Shown: positions 31,204 to 41,287, numbered from the stretch's first letter. The stretch is DNA of 64,000 nt from Nitrospiraceae bacterium (GCA_050246315.1 JBFWWG010000008.1:131609-195608); one strand, 5' to 3'. The notes: generated from the sequence alone by a model not told the origin. Numbers and translations: made by a program.

Positions 31204-32067
31204 TCACGTTGAACGATGGGGATCTCCACTCAGGCCCACCACCGCAATTCCCGCGCGATTGGCCGCCTGAAGCATCTCCGCTCGATCCAACAGCACGCTT
31301 CGCCCGGCTTCGAGCGCCAGGACGTTCGCCTTGACCGACTGCATCACCTCGATGGTGCGCGGCCCGACGGCCGGTAGGTCGAACCGCAGGTCCTGCTGCG
31401 GTTTGCATCGCTTGACGACGACCGCGCCGCCCGCCGCCAGCTCGCCGCCCCGGCGAATGGCCCCGTCCGTTCCCTCGACGGCTTCCACCGCCACCACGAC
31501 CCGGTCCTTGACCACCACACATTGTCCGATATCGAGACGACCGATTTCACGCGCCACTTCCCATCCATATCGAACGTCTTCCCATTCCTTATCGCTCGGC
31601 TGACGACCTGACAGGACGCCCTCCTCGACCAGCACGCCCTTCAAGCCGAACGTCGACTCTCGAATCATGATGCCTTCGCGTTCCAGTTCGGCGGCGAACT
31701 CGCGCAGGATGTCATCGTCGCGCCAAATCGCCAGGCGGGCGGCCATGGCCAACGTGCGAAAGTCCGGCCGCACGGTCGTGAACACATGGGTCTTCTTCAC
31801 CCCTCCGAGCATGACCGCTTCCGTCACGCCCTCGCTCTTGAGTGCCTGGACCAACTTGTTGAGCTGTCCGATTTTGATCCAGTGGATCCGATCCACGTGG
31901 TCGGCCAGCTCCGGCTCCGTTTCACCGAGGTGCGCAACGGCGTACACCTGATAACCCAGCCGCCTGGCGTTATCGGCGAAAATCACCGGGAAGCGCCCGT
32001 TGCCGGCGATCAACCCGATGCGTGGCATCTCGGCGGTGGATTCAGTCCCGCGGGTCATGCTATTCAT
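31204..32067 (-). CDS. lpxI: UDP-2,3-diacylglucosamine hydrolase LpxI (DUF1009)
   Basis: IGLIAGNGRFP, DIGQCVVV, AVEAVEGTD, QDLRFDLPAVG. Confidence 0.9.
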   Translation of the reverse strand: MNSMTRGTESTAEMPRIGLIAGNGRFPVIFADNARRLGYQVYAVAHLGETEPELADHVDRIHWIKIGQLNKLVQALKSEGVTEAVMLGGVKKTHVFTTVRPDFRTLAMAARLAIWRDDDILREFAAELEREGIMIRESTFGLKGVLVEEGVLSGRQPSDKEWEDVRYGWEVAREIGRLDIGQCVVVKDRVVVAVEAVEGTDGAIRRGGELAAGGAVVVKRCKPQQDLRFDLPAVGPRTIEVMQSVKANVLALEAGRSVLLDRAEMLQAANRAGIAVVGLSGDPHRST

Positions 32068-32866
32068 CCGCCTCTTCGTCTCGCCCGACGGATGCGCAGA
32101 GGCCGCGCTTGGTGCCGTCCACAAAGTCCGTCATTTCCATGACGTGCTTGTGACTCGCGAATTCCTGTCGCACGAGCTTGGCCGCTTCCGCCAACCGATG
32201 ACCGGACCTGAACAACAGATCGTAGCCCCGCTTGAGCACGGACAACTGGTCGTTGGTGAAGCCTTGCCGTTTGAGCCCGATATAATTGATGCCGTACATG
32301 CGAGCCCGATAGCCGCCCGCCGCTCTTGTAAATGGCGCGACATCCTGGGTGAGTCCGCAACAGCCTCCGACCATGGCATAGGCCCCCACCCGGACAAATT
32401 GATGAATTCCGGTCAGACCGCCGATGATCGCATGATCCCCGATGGTAATATGTCCGCCCAGAGTGGCGCAGTTCGCCATGATCAGGTGATTGCCGAGCTG
32501 ACAATCGTGCGCCACATGCACATAGGCCATCAGGAAGTTGTGGTTTCCCAACCTGGTCACCCCTCCTCCCTGCACCGTCGCGCGATTGACGGTGACATAT
32601 TCGCGCAAGATATTGTCATTGCCGATAACGACCTTGGTGGGTTCCCCCTTGTAGTGGAGGTGTTGCGGCGGCCCCCCTATCGAGGCGAACGGATAGAGGT
32701 GGCATCGCTCGCCGATCTCCGTCCATCCCTCCACGGACACATGCGACTCGAGTTTCGTGCCTCGTCCGATGGTGACATGTTCGCCGACGACGCAATAGGG
32801 ACCGATCACGATCTCGTCCGCCAGTCCGGCCTTCGGATGCACAACCGCCGTTGGATGAATCTCCAC
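32060..32866 (-). CDS. lpxA: Acyl-ACP-UDP-GlcNAc O-acyltransferase
   Basis: IHPTAVV, hexapeptide repeats, HVAHDC, IHQFVRVG. GTG start with GGAGG SD. Confidence 0.95.
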   Translation of the reverse strand: MEIHPTAVVHPKAGLADEIVIGPYCVVGEHVTIGRGTKLESHVSVEGWTEIGERCHLYPFASIGGPPQHLHYKGEPTKVVIGNDNILREYVTVNRATVQGGGVTRLGNHNFLMAYVHVAHDCQLGNHLIMANCATLGGHITIGDHAIIGGLTGIHQFVRVGAYAMVGGCCGLTQDVAPFTRAAGGYRARMYGINYIGLKRQGFTNDQLSVLKRGYDLLFRSGHRLAEAAKLVRQEFASHKHVMEMTDFVDGTKRGLCASVGRDEEADE

Positions 32867-32944
32867 TCGCGTTCCTCCCGTTAATCGTTCACTGTCATTC
32901 GTCAATCGCCTGGTCCGTCGCCGCTTGGGTCCTGCGCGACGCGA

Positions 32945-33403
32945 TTAGCGATTCGCGTCCGACGCCTTTTCGTCCGTTACCATGGCCGTAATTTCCGCTT
33001 CGCACACAAGGTTGGTCTCCACCAACGCACGGCCTTCCATCTTCCAAAACGGCGAACGCCGCTTGATTACCTCGATTTCAAATCGCAACTGATCTCCCGG
33101 AATGACCGGCCTCCGAAATTTTGCTCGATCCACCCCCGTGAGATAGACGACCGGTTTGTCCGCCGCCGGCATGGACTTGAAAGCCAATACGCCACCGACC
33201 TGCGCCATGGCTTCCAGAATCAGAACACCCGGCATAATGGGGCGCTCCGGGAAATGTCCCTGGAAAAAGGGTTCGTTGGCGGTCACGTTCTTGATACCGA
33301 CAATACGCTGCCCCGGCTCCCACTCTCTGATTCGATCGACCAATAGAAATGGATAGCGATGGGGCAACAGCTTCAGGATGTCCCCGATGTCCAACTCCGG
33401 CAT
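32945..33403 (-). CDS. fabZ: 3-hydroxyacyl-ACP dehydratase
   Basis: LPHRYPFLLVD, GHFPERPIMPGVLILEAMAQ. GGAGG SD. Confidence 0.96.
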   Translation of the reverse strand: MPELDIGDILKLLPHRYPFLLVDRIREWEPGQRIVGIKNVTANEPFFQGHFPERPIMPGVLILEAMAQVGGVLAFKSMPAADKPVVYLTGVDRAKFRRPVIPGDQLRFEIEVIKRRSPFWKMEGRALVETNLVCEAEITAMVTDEKASDANR

Positions 33404-33549
33404 GAATCTCGCCCTCCTCCGTTGAAACGGCTGCGCCATCGAGCGGTCCGACGCCTGCCGTGCGTAGCGATTCGGCTAGTGCACGCCGATTCCGACAAGC
33501 TTGGGATCGCGCATCCCCGTCCATCCATCACGCTGTCAGAATGGCCCAA

Positions 33550-33757
33550 AAGTTGCTCAACAAGCCGTTGTCTCAGACGCCCGACTCCGGTGCGCGAGAC
33601 GCGCCAGCGAACCACCGCGAATTTCGCGTCTCTTTGCCCTTCGTATGAGCCGTTCGCCCATCGAACAGATCTCGTCGAACGAAACTACCACTTCGGTTGT
33701 GAACCTCCTGCCGGCGAACTCCTTGCGTCACCTTGGCGGACCTTGTCCTCATCCGGC
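33550..33757. mobile_element. Possible degenerate copy of the 1887-2053 element
   Basis: Shares gtgaacctc (33699-33707) and a tggcggac..ttgtcctcatccgg end with the reverse complement of 1887-1955. Abuts the skp TAG stop. Confidence 0.35.
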
Positions 33758-34335
33758 TATGGCTTGAATTCACGGTCAAACTCTTTGATCACCTCATCCG
33801 TGATATCGACCGACCGATTGGCGTAAATGATGATTTTCACACTGGCTTCCGTGCCTGTGTCCAAGACCGCCGCAAACCCACGGCGCTGTGCCACCGTCAG
33901 CGCCGCCTCGGAGATACTTTTGGAGTACCGCTCAAACAATTCCTTCTGTTTGGCCTGGATTTCCCTGTTGAAATCCTGCACGCGCCGTTGATACGCGTCC
34001 AGCTTTGCGCGAAACAGGTTTTGCTTCTCCTGCTTTTGTTCGTCCTTCAAACTGCCGTTTTGCAGGACCTTTTCCAATTCCTTGAGTTCCTCTTCATCCG
34101 AACTCACGATTTTCTGTCTGGTCGAGGAGAACGTCTTGAGTTCCTCGATCGCCCGTTGGCCCGTCTTGGATTTGTCCATCACCATCTGTTGATTCGCGAC
34201 GGCGACCGAGAACGATTCCGCCCCCAGGGCGCCCACCGCCCAACACAGCACCGCACCGACACCTGCGAGCAGGCCCGTCCTCGCCGCCGCCCATCTTCGC
34301 CGAAATAACCTGTCGCGTGATTGATCCGCCTTCAT
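33757..34335 (-). CDS. skp: OmpH/Skp periplasmic chaperone
   Basis: Signal peptide, coiled-coil body, C-terminal YANRSVDITDEVIKEF. Lies between bamA and fabZ. Confidence 0.85.
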   Translation of the reverse strand: MKADQSRDRLFRRRWAAARTGLLAGVGAVLCWAVGALGAESFSVAVANQQMVMDKSKTGQRAIEELKTFSSTRQKIVSSDEEELKELEKVLQNGSLKDEQKQEKQNLFRAKLDAYQRRVQDFNREIQAKQKELFERYSKSISEAALTVAQRRGFAAVLDTGTEASVKIIIYANRSVDITDEVIKEFDREFKP

Positions 34336-34341
34336 CGTCGC

Positions 34342-34893
34342 CTATTCCTTGTTCAGTTCGTTGATCACCTGATTCGAGAGATCCAACGTGTTGTCGCTGT
34401 AGATCGTCGACCCGCTGCGGCCCCGTTCCAGGACCAACAAGAGATTCATCTGCTTGGCCAGGTTCGTCACCGCACGCTCCATCTTCTCGTGAAAAGCGTC
34501 GAGCACTTCTTTTTGCTTCTCCTGCACCTCACGGTTCAATTCGGAGGCTTTTTGCTGGTATTCGGCCATGCGCCGCCGGAACTGGTCTTCACGTTCGCGC
34601 TTGGCATTGGCGCTCAGGACACTCCCCTGCTTGACGAAATCTTCCTCCATGCGTCGAAGTTCTCGCTCCTCCAGCTCGATGAGCGCCTGCCGATTCTTGG
34701 TGAAGGTCGCCATCGTGTCTTTGGCCTTCTTGCCTGGCGTACTCTCGTTTAAGACCCGTTGTGCATCGACCACGCCGATACGGAGGTCGGGCTGGCTGGT
34801 CACTGCCGCACACCCGGTCAATAGCAAGTAGGTCCCGATGAGCCACAATTGCCCGATTCCGCCGCGATTCCACATAGGTTCCACCGTTTCCAA
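34342..34893 (-). CDS. skp: OmpH/Skp periplasmic chaperone, possible lipoprotein
   Basis: RIGVVDAQRVLNES..GKKA, DLSNQVINEL. N-terminal LLLTGC lipobox. Confidence 0.85.
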   Translation of the reverse strand: METVEPMWNRGGIGQLWLIGTYLLLTGCAAVTSQPDLRIGVVDAQRVLNESTPGKKAKDTMATFTKNRQALIELEERELRRMEEDFVKQGSVLSANAKREREDQFRRRMAEYQQKASELNREVQEKQKEVLDAFHEKMERAVTNLAKQMNLLLVLERGRSGSTIYSDNTLDLSNQVINELNKE

Positions 34894-34950
34894 GAGAGTC
34901 TAAGGTCCCGTGCGTCGGATCACACGCGCAGGCACAACCTCGATGAACCG

Positions 34951-35188
34951 GCCCGCATGATTCATGACAAGTCGCGGCGTTCCTCCCGTTGCATTCGGAG
35001 CAACGGGTACCCGACAGTCACGGCGCGAGACGGGCGTGCGGGGCCGCGAGAGCCCGACGCGTACTCGCAACAGTACGCCGAGGGAGCGAGCGGCGAGTCC
35101 GACCGCCTGCACGCCTGAAACCCGTATCCAGGCTCGTCGTAGCCGCGATTCCGTGACTGCAGCAGACGTGTTCATGAATCATGCGGGC
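34951..35188. mobile_element. MITE-like element with perfect 17-bp terminal inverted repeats
   Basis: gcccgcatgattcatga (34951-34967) and tcatgaatcatgcgggc (35172-35188). Inner IR cagtcacgg/ccgtgactg. Abuts the bamA TAG stop. Confidence 0.75.
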
Positions 35189-37485
35189 TAAAACAACGAC
35201 CCGACCGTAAATTCGAACACACCCTTTCGTTCGTTCGGATTGGGGTCCAAATTGATGCCGTAGGCGGCCCGGAGAGGACCAAAAGGAGAAATCCACCGGA
35301 CTTCAAGGCCGGCGGCACTCCGTAGATCAAAAGTGACCGGCTCATTATCATCGAACCCCTTACCGTAATCGAAAAAGATCACGCCGTTGAGCTTGGCTTC
35401 CGTCGAAATCGGAAAAATAAAGTCGAAGTTGAAGATCAACTGTTTCGCCGCACCCAGCAGGGAGCCGCTGGGGGTCACAGGTCCCGCTCGCCCGAACACG
35501 AATCCACGCATGGTGTTGATGCCGCCGACGAAAAATCGTTCGGTCAGCGGGATCGGTTGCCCGCGTCGTCCATCGACCACTCCATAGCGCCCTCGGACGG
35601 AAAACCGTGTATCCCAGAACAACGGGGTGTATTTGATGGCGTCGAAGTAGTACTTATAGAAATCGTTTGACCCTCCGAGATACGGGGTGCCGAGATCGAA
35701 CCCGACGGCTGTCCGGAGACCCGTCCGTGGGTCCAGAAAGTAATCCCGCGTGTCTCGCGAGAGGAGTGTGCGAAAGCCCGTCGTGCTCTGCCGTCCGAGC
35801 TGCTGGGTTATGAACTCGGGTGCGCCAGCAATCGCATCCCTGTAATTAAGCTGCTCGGCCACCGGCGTGATGCTTCCGAAGATATACTCGGAGAACCACC
35901 GGCCGAACGTCGCACTGACACCCTGCTTTTCCTCGAAATACGTCAGATAATTCGTGAACGTGCTGTAGATATCGAGCTGCATCGACGTGAGCGAGTCGTT
36001 GACGTAGGGATTGCGGAAGCTGATCAAACCGAGACTCCGTCGCTGCCCGAGTTGCCCCCGAATCCGGCCCAAGTAGCCGTATCCGCCCAGGTTGCCCTCC
36101 GTGATGTCGGCCACCAACACAAGTTTGTCCAGCGTGCTGAATCCACCGCCGATGCTGAACATACCCGTCGATTTTTCCTTCACCTTGACGTCCAGATCGA
36201 CTTTGTCCGCATCGACCTGTTTGGGTAAAATTTCGACGGTTTCGAAGAAATTGAGGTTGTTCAGGCGCTGAAAACTGCGCTTCAGAGAGACGGTATCGAT
36301 CACGTCGGACTCGTTCACGCGCAATTCCCGCCGGATGACATTGTCCCGCGTTTTGTCATTGCCCGAGATCCGAATTTGCCGGATGCGGGTCAGCTCCCCT
36401 TCTTTGATGTTGAAAATGATGGACGCGGTCTTGTCGTCCTGGTTGGGTGACACGTTCGGATTCACGTCGGTGAACGCATACCCCTTCGCACCGTATTTGT
36501 CCGTCAACCGGGTGACCTCATCGCGGATCTTGGCGCGCTGAAAGATCTCGCCCTCATAGATCTTCATACCCTCCCGGAGTTCCGGTTCCTCGAATACCGT
36601 ATTGCCCCGGAAGCCGACCTGGCTCACAGTGAACGGTTCGCCTTCGACGATGGCGAAGGTCAGGATGAACCACTTTCGGTCTTCCGTCAGCTCGATGGTC
36701 GGCAACCCGACCTGCATGTTGAGGTAACCCTTGTTCATGTAGACTTCCCGGATCCGTTCCAGATCGTTCGGAACTTCCTCCCGCTTGAGTAGCCCGGCGT
36801 CGGAGAATACCGAGGGAATCGTAAACTTGGTGATGAGCTGGTACCACGGCACCCATTCCCGAGTCGCCATCACGGCCAGCAGCTCTTTCTTCGTCACCGA
36901 CTTCATCCCCTCAAAATTCACGGTCTTGATCCGGGCCCGTTGGCCTTCGCGGATGTAAAAGGTCAGCCGCTTGCGGTCTTCATCCAGTGTCTGGATAATC
37001 GGAATGACCTCGCAGTTATAATAGCCGTCCTCCTGATAGGCGCCTTTAATCTTCTCCGCGCTTTCCTTCACCAGTTTCGGATCGAGAAACGTCTGGCCGC
37101 GAATGGTGATCTTTTCCTTGAGCTTGTCCTCGCTGAGTTCCTCATTGCCGTCGAACACGATCTCCGTAATAAAGGGCTTCTCCTTGACGATGAAAAACAC
37201 GGCCATGCCGTCGGGCACCGCGTCCACTTCCGATTGGACATCCTCGAAGAAACCGGTTTCATACAGCAGGCGCATCTGTTTCCGCACCGCGTCGGGCGTG
37301 TAGAGATCGCCGGCTTTGAGCGTCAGACGGCCTTGGATGGCCGCGCTCTCAATACGGCTGTTGCCTCGAATAGCGACGGACGCCACCTTCTGCGCGGCCT
37401 CCTGCGCGGTCGCTACAACCGCAACACCCGCCATCATCAGCCCGATCAGCCCGATCCAAACAAAGGCAAGACGTGCGCGAATCAC
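35188..37485 (-). CDS. bamA: Outer membrane protein assembly factor BamA
   Basis: Signal peptide, POTRA repeats (GNDKTRDNVIRRE), GGINTMRGF, SPFGPL, terminal Phe. Confidence 0.96.
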   Translation of the reverse strand: MIRARLAFVWIGLIGLMMAGVAVVATAQEAAQKVASVAIRGNSRIESAAIQGRLTLKAGDLYTPDAVRKQMRLLYETGFFEDVQSEVDAVPDGMAVFFIVKEKPFITEIVFDGNEELSEDKLKEKITIRGQTFLDPKLVKESAEKIKGAYQEDGYYNCEVIPIIQTLDEDRKRLTFYIREGQRARIKTVNFEGMKSVTKKELLAVMATREWVPWYQLITKFTIPSVFSDAGLLKREEVPNDLERIREVYMNKGYLNMQVGLPTIELTEDRKWFILTFAIVEGEPFTVSQVGFRGNTVFEEPELREGMKIYEGEIFQRAKIRDEVTRLTDKYGAKGYAFTDVNPNVSPNQDDKTASIIFNIKEGELTRIRQIRISGNDKTRDNVIRRELRVNESDVIDTVSLKRSFQRLNNLNFFETVEILPKQVDADKVDLDVKVKEKSTGMFSIGGGFSTLDKLVLVADITEGNLGGYGYLGRIRGQLGQRRSLGLISFRNPYVNDSLTSMQLDIYSTFTNYLTYFEEKQGVSATFGRWFSEYIFGSITPVAEQLNYRDAIAGAPEFITQQLGRQSTTGFRTLLSRDTRDYFLDPRTGLRTAVGFDLGTPYLGGSNDFYKYYFDAIKYTPLFWDTRFSVRGRYGVVDGRRGQPIPLTERFFVGGINTMRGFVFGRAGPVTPSGSLLGAAKQLIFNFDFIFPISTEAKLNGVIFFDYGKGFDDNEPVTFDLRSAAGLEVRWISPFGPLRAAYGINLDPNPNERKGVFEFTVGSLF

Positions 37486-37692
37486 TCACCGGTGCCCTTC
37501 GTAGGCGCCCCACTGGTCCACCCGACTCGAGTTGCAAGTCTCGCCGCGCGGCGGCGCGAGAGTCTTGTGCCACTTCCTCCACCGCCTGTCGCAGGGGATT
37601 CTTTCGACTTACAGGCTGCAGATGCCCATCTGAACCGGCCCGTGCCGCTGTCGGACCGGACCGAAAGGAGGAGTGCCGAAGAAAATCGAGGA

Positions 37693-37721
37693 ATTATAAT
37701 TTTCGTTGCCGACAATGTAAA
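37693..37721 (-). promoter_or_regulatory. Sigma70-type promoter for the bamA/lpx operon
   Basis: Minus strand TTTACA-N17-TATAAT. Confidence 0.7.
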
Positions 37722-37774
37722 GCCGGTTTCCTCGTCCATGGAGCGATGTGCATCCGTGCGAAGCCGTTCGTTTC

Positions 37775-37803
37775 TTGACTTCGCGTACCCCATCACATAC
37801 TAT
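37775..37803 (+). promoter_or_regulatory. Sigma70-type promoter for the galU-lon operon
   Basis: TTGACT-N17-TACTAT. Confidence 0.65.
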
Positions 37804-37808
37804 CCAGA

Positions 37809-38735
37809 ATGTCCGCCGTTTCCTCATCTCGACCATCTCAACACCCCATGACGGTCCGCAAAGCCGTATTCCCAGCCGCGGGGTTGGGCACTCGCTTTCT
37901 CCCCGCTACCAAGGCGTCTCCAAAGGAGATGTTGTCGCTCGTCGACAAGCCGCTGATTCAATATGCCGTCGAGGAGGCCGTGGCCTCCGGGATCGAAGAC
38001 ATCATCATCATCACCGGGCGGGGCAAGCGGGCGATCGAAGACCATTTCGATCAATCCTTCGAACTCGAGGAAAATCTGCGGTCCAACGGCAAGCTCGACC
38101 TGCTCAAGGAAGTCGAAGGGATCTCCCAGCTCGCCAATTTTTGCTATGTCCGCCAGCCGGAGGCACGAGGCCTGGGCCACGCCGTCTTGTGCGCCCAGCA
38201 CTTGATCGGCGATGAACCGTTTGCGGTTATGCTGGGCGACGAGATCATTGATGCGCCGGTTCCCGGGTTGGCGCAGCTCATCGAGATCTATCACAGCAAG
38301 AAGGGCGGGGTCGTCGGGGTCCAGGAAGTTCCCGACACCGAGGTCAACCGGTACGGGATCATCAAGCCCAAGGTGCTCAAGCCAGGGCTGTTCCGGGTGG
38401 AATCGATCGTCGAAAAGCCGCCCCGCGTCGATGCGCCGTCGAACTATGCGGTGATCGGGCGCTACGTCCTCCCGCCATCGATCTTTCCTATCCTGCGAGA
38501 CACCAAGCCAGGCAAAAACGGCGAGATCCAATTGACAGACGCGCTCCGGACCCTTGCCGCCCAATCGCCGATGTACGCCGTCGAGGTGAAGGGGTCCCGT
38601 CACGATGCGGGAGACAAACTCGGCTTCCTGATCGCCACCGTTGAATTCGCCTTGCGCAATCCACGCCTAGGACCGGCCTTCAGCGAATACTTGAAGGAAC
38701 TCAAGCCGCGCCTCGGCAAGATGCCGCACCACTGA
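37809..38735 (+). CDS. galU: UTP-glucose-1-phosphate uridylyltransferase
   Basis: RKAVFPAAGLGTRFLPATKASPKEML, GLGHAVL, GEIQLTDA. Start is 37809 or 37848. Confidence 0.96.
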   Translation: MSAVSSSRPSQHPMTVRKAVFPAAGLGTRFLPATKASPKEMLSLVDKPLIQYAVEEAVASGIEDIIIITGRGKRAIEDHFDQSFELEENLRSNGKLDLLKEVEGISQLANFCYVRQPEARGLGHAVLCAQHLIGDEPFAVMLGDEIIDAPVPGLAQLIEIYHSKKGGVVGVQEVPDTEVNRYGIIKPKVLKPGLFRVESIVEKPPRVDAPSNYAVIGRYVLPPSIFPILRDTKPGKNGEIQLTDALRTLAAQSPMYAVEVKGSRHDAGDKLGFLIATVEFALRNPRLGPAFSEYLKELKPRLGKMPHH

Positions 38736-38781
38736 GAAACGAGCGACACACGAACGGGCTCTGCCCGCGAGAGGACTACCG

Positions 38782-41286
38782 TTGATGAACGAGCCAGCGT
38801 CCAACGATCCGCCCGTTGAATCGGTCTCCAGCGCCGACGTCCCCGACCAGCTCCCGCTGCTGCCGGTCCGGGACATCGTTGTCTTCCCCTACATGGTGCT
38901 GCCGCTCTTTGTCGGCCGCGAGATGTCCATCAAGGCCATCGAGGCGGCGCTCGCCGGCAATCGCATGATTTTCCTCGCGACCCAAAAGGCTCTGGATGTG
39001 GAAAATCCCGGTCCGGACGACATCCACAAGATCGGGACCGTCGGCATCATCATGCGTATGCTGAAGCTCCCCGACGAGCGTATCAAGATCCTCGTGCAAG
39101 GCATCGTCAAGGCTCAGGTCGTCGATTACATCCAGCAGGACCCCTATTTCTCCGTGAAGATCGAGAAGGTCGTGGAGAACAAGGCTGTCACCCCGAGTTT
39201 GGAAAGCGAAGCCTTGATGCGCACCGTCAAGGAGCAGGTTGAGCGGCTGGTGAGCCTCGGAAAGGTGCTGATTCCCGACGTGATGGTCGTCATTGAAAAC
39301 CTGGAGGACCCAGGCCGGCTCGCCGATATGGTCGTGTCCAACCTCGGTCTCAAGGTGGACATCACCCAGAGCGTGCTGGAGATCCTGGACCCCCTGGCGC
39401 GGCTGAAACAGGCCAGCGAAATTCTCTCCAAAGAAATTGACGTCCTGTCGATGCAGCAGAAGATCCAGGCGCAGGCCAAGGGGGAGATGGACAAAACGCA
39501 GCGTGAGTATTTCCTCCGGGAGCAGCTCAAGGCCATCCAAAAGGAGTTGGGCGAGCTCGACGAGCGCTCCGAGGAAATTGCCGAGTTCCGGAAGCGCGTC
39601 AAGGACGCCAAGATGCCGGAGAAGGTCTTGAAGGAAGTCGAAAAACAGCTCAAGCGCCTCGAGAAGATGCACCCGGACACGGCGGAATCTGCTACCGTGC
39701 GCACCTATTTGGAATGGATGGTGGAGCTGCCCTGGAGCAAAAAATCCAAGGACAATCTCGACATCAAGGCCGCCGCCAAGGTGTTGAATGAAGACCACTA
39801 CGACCTGGAAAAGGTCAAGGAGCGGATCCTGGAGTATCTGGCGGTCCGGAAATTGAAAGACAAGATGAAGGGGCCCATCCTTTGCTTTGCCGGTCCTCCG
39901 GGTGTCGGCAAGACGTCGCTGGGTAAATCCATCGCGAGGGCTCTGGGACGCGAGTTCGTCCGGATCAGTCTGGGCGGTGTCCGTGACGAAGCCGAAATCC
40001 GAGGTCATCGCCGGACCTACGTCGGGGCCTTACCCGGCCGGATCATTCAGGGCATGAAGCAGGCCGGCACGAATAACCCTGTGTTCATGCTTGACGAGGT
40101 CGATAAGGTGGGTATGGACTTCCGAGGGGACCCCTCCGCGGCATTGTTGGAGGTCCTCGACCCGGAGCAGAACCACGCCTTTAGCGATCACTATCTGGGC
40201 GTGCCCTTCGACCTGACCGATGTGATGTTCATCGCGACCGCCAACTTGATGGATCCGATCCTCCCCGCCCTGCGCGACCGGATGGAAATTATCGAGATCC
40301 CTGGATACACGGAGGAGGAGAAGCTGGGGATCGCCTTGCGGTATATCGTCCCACGCCAGCTCACCGAGCACGGGATCTCGGACAAGCACATCCAGATCGG
40401 AGAAGCCGCCTTACGTCAGATCATCTCGCATTACACGCGCGAGGCCGGCGTTCGCAATTTGGAACGTGAAGTGGCCAATGTCATGCGCAAAGTGGCCAAG
40501 AAGGTCGCGGAGGGAAAGGGACAGTGCCAGTCGATCACCCCTGCGAACCTGCACAAATATCTCGGCGTCCCGAAGTTCGTGCCCGACCCCGAGCAGGAAA
40601 AGGATGAAGTCGGCGTGGCGACCGGCCTCGCCTGGACCGAGACCGGCGGCGACGTGCTCTATATTGAGGCGACTGCGATGAAGGGAAAGGGGCACCTGAC
40701 TCTCACGGGACAGTTGGGCGACATCATGAAGGAATCGGCACAGGCGGCGTTGAGCTATGTGCGGTCGCGCGCCAAACTGTTGGGCATTAACCCGGAGGTA
40801 TTCGCCAAAACCGATCTACATATTCATGTACCTGCCGGAGCCATCCCGAAAGACGGACCGTCCGCCGGGATCACCATGGCAACTGCCATCGCTTCCACGC
40901 TGGCGAATCTCGCGGCCCGTCGCGACGTAGCCATGACCGGGGAGGTCACCTTGCGAGGGCGCGTGTTGCCGATCGGCGGGTTGAAGGAGAAGATTCTGGC
41001 CGCCAAGCGCGCGCACATCACCACCGTGATCCTGCCGAAACGGAATAAGAAGGACCTTGAGGAGATTCCCAAACATCTCCTGAAGGGCTTACAATTCGTG
41101 TTTGCCGAGACCATGGACGATGTCATCAAGTCTGGGTTGAGACGTCTGCCCGTCTCCCTTGCGCGAGGCAACGGGGCACACACGGCCCGTACTCCGAAAT
41201 CCACTCGAAAACCCTTTCGCCAGGCGGTCCCGGCTTCTCGGCGACCGAGCCGGCCCGCGCCGAGCATCCATCCCGCCCACCTGTGA
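38782..41286 (+). CDS. lon: ATP-dependent Lon protease
   Basis: LON N-domain, GPPGVGKTS, LDEVDK, PKDGPSAG (catalytic Ser), GGLKEK. Confidence 0.97.
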   Translation: MMNEPASNDPPVESVSSADVPDQLPLLPVRDIVVFPYMVLPLFVGREMSIKAIEAALAGNRMIFLATQKALDVENPGPDDIHKIGTVGIIMRMLKLPDERIKILVQGIVKAQVVDYIQQDPYFSVKIEKVVENKAVTPSLESEALMRTVKEQVERLVSLGKVLIPDVMVVIENLEDPGRLADMVVSNLGLKVDITQSVLEILDPLARLKQASEILSKEIDVLSMQQKIQAQAKGEMDKTQREYFLREQLKAIQKELGELDERSEEIAEFRKRVKDAKMPEKVLKEVEKQLKRLEKMHPDTAESATVRTYLEWMVELPWSKKSKDNLDIKAAAKVLNEDHYDLEKVKERILEYLAVRKLKDKMKGPILCFAGPPGVGKTSLGKSIARALGREFVRISLGGVRDEAEIRGHRRTYVGALPGRIIQGMKQAGTNNPVFMLDEVDKVGMDFRGDPSAALLEVLDPEQNHAFSDHYLGVPFDLTDVMFIATANLMDPILPALRDRMEIIEIPGYTEEEKLGIALRYIVPRQLTEHGISDKHIQIGEAALRQIISHYTREAGVRNLEREVANVMRKVAKKVAEGKGQCQSITPANLHKYLGVPKFVPDPEQEKDEVGVATGLAWTETGGDVLYIEATAMKGKGHLTLTGQLGDIMKESAQAALSYVRSRAKLLGINPEVFAKTDLHIHVPAGAIPKDGPSAGITMATAIASTLANLAARRDVAMTGEVTLRGRVLPIGGLKEKILAAKRAHITTVILPKRNKKDLEEIPKHLLKGLQFVFAETMDDVIKSGLRRLPVSLARGNGAHTARTPKSTRKPFRQAVPASRRPSRPAPSIHPAHL

Positions 41287-41287
41287 T

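Noticed and set aside
37482..37796. Minus-strand ORF ending ...KGTGE, superficially like a UBact C-terminus
   Set aside because: It spans the bamA and galU promoters, lacks the acidic helical character of Pup/UBact, and is far from the proteasome operon.
38776..40008. 410-aa antisense ORF over lon, and many similar long overlapping ORFs (e.g. 11031-12350, 7179-8246, 29611-30594)
   Set aside because: Shadow ORFs opposite well-supported genes in high-GC DNA, with no recognisable motifs.
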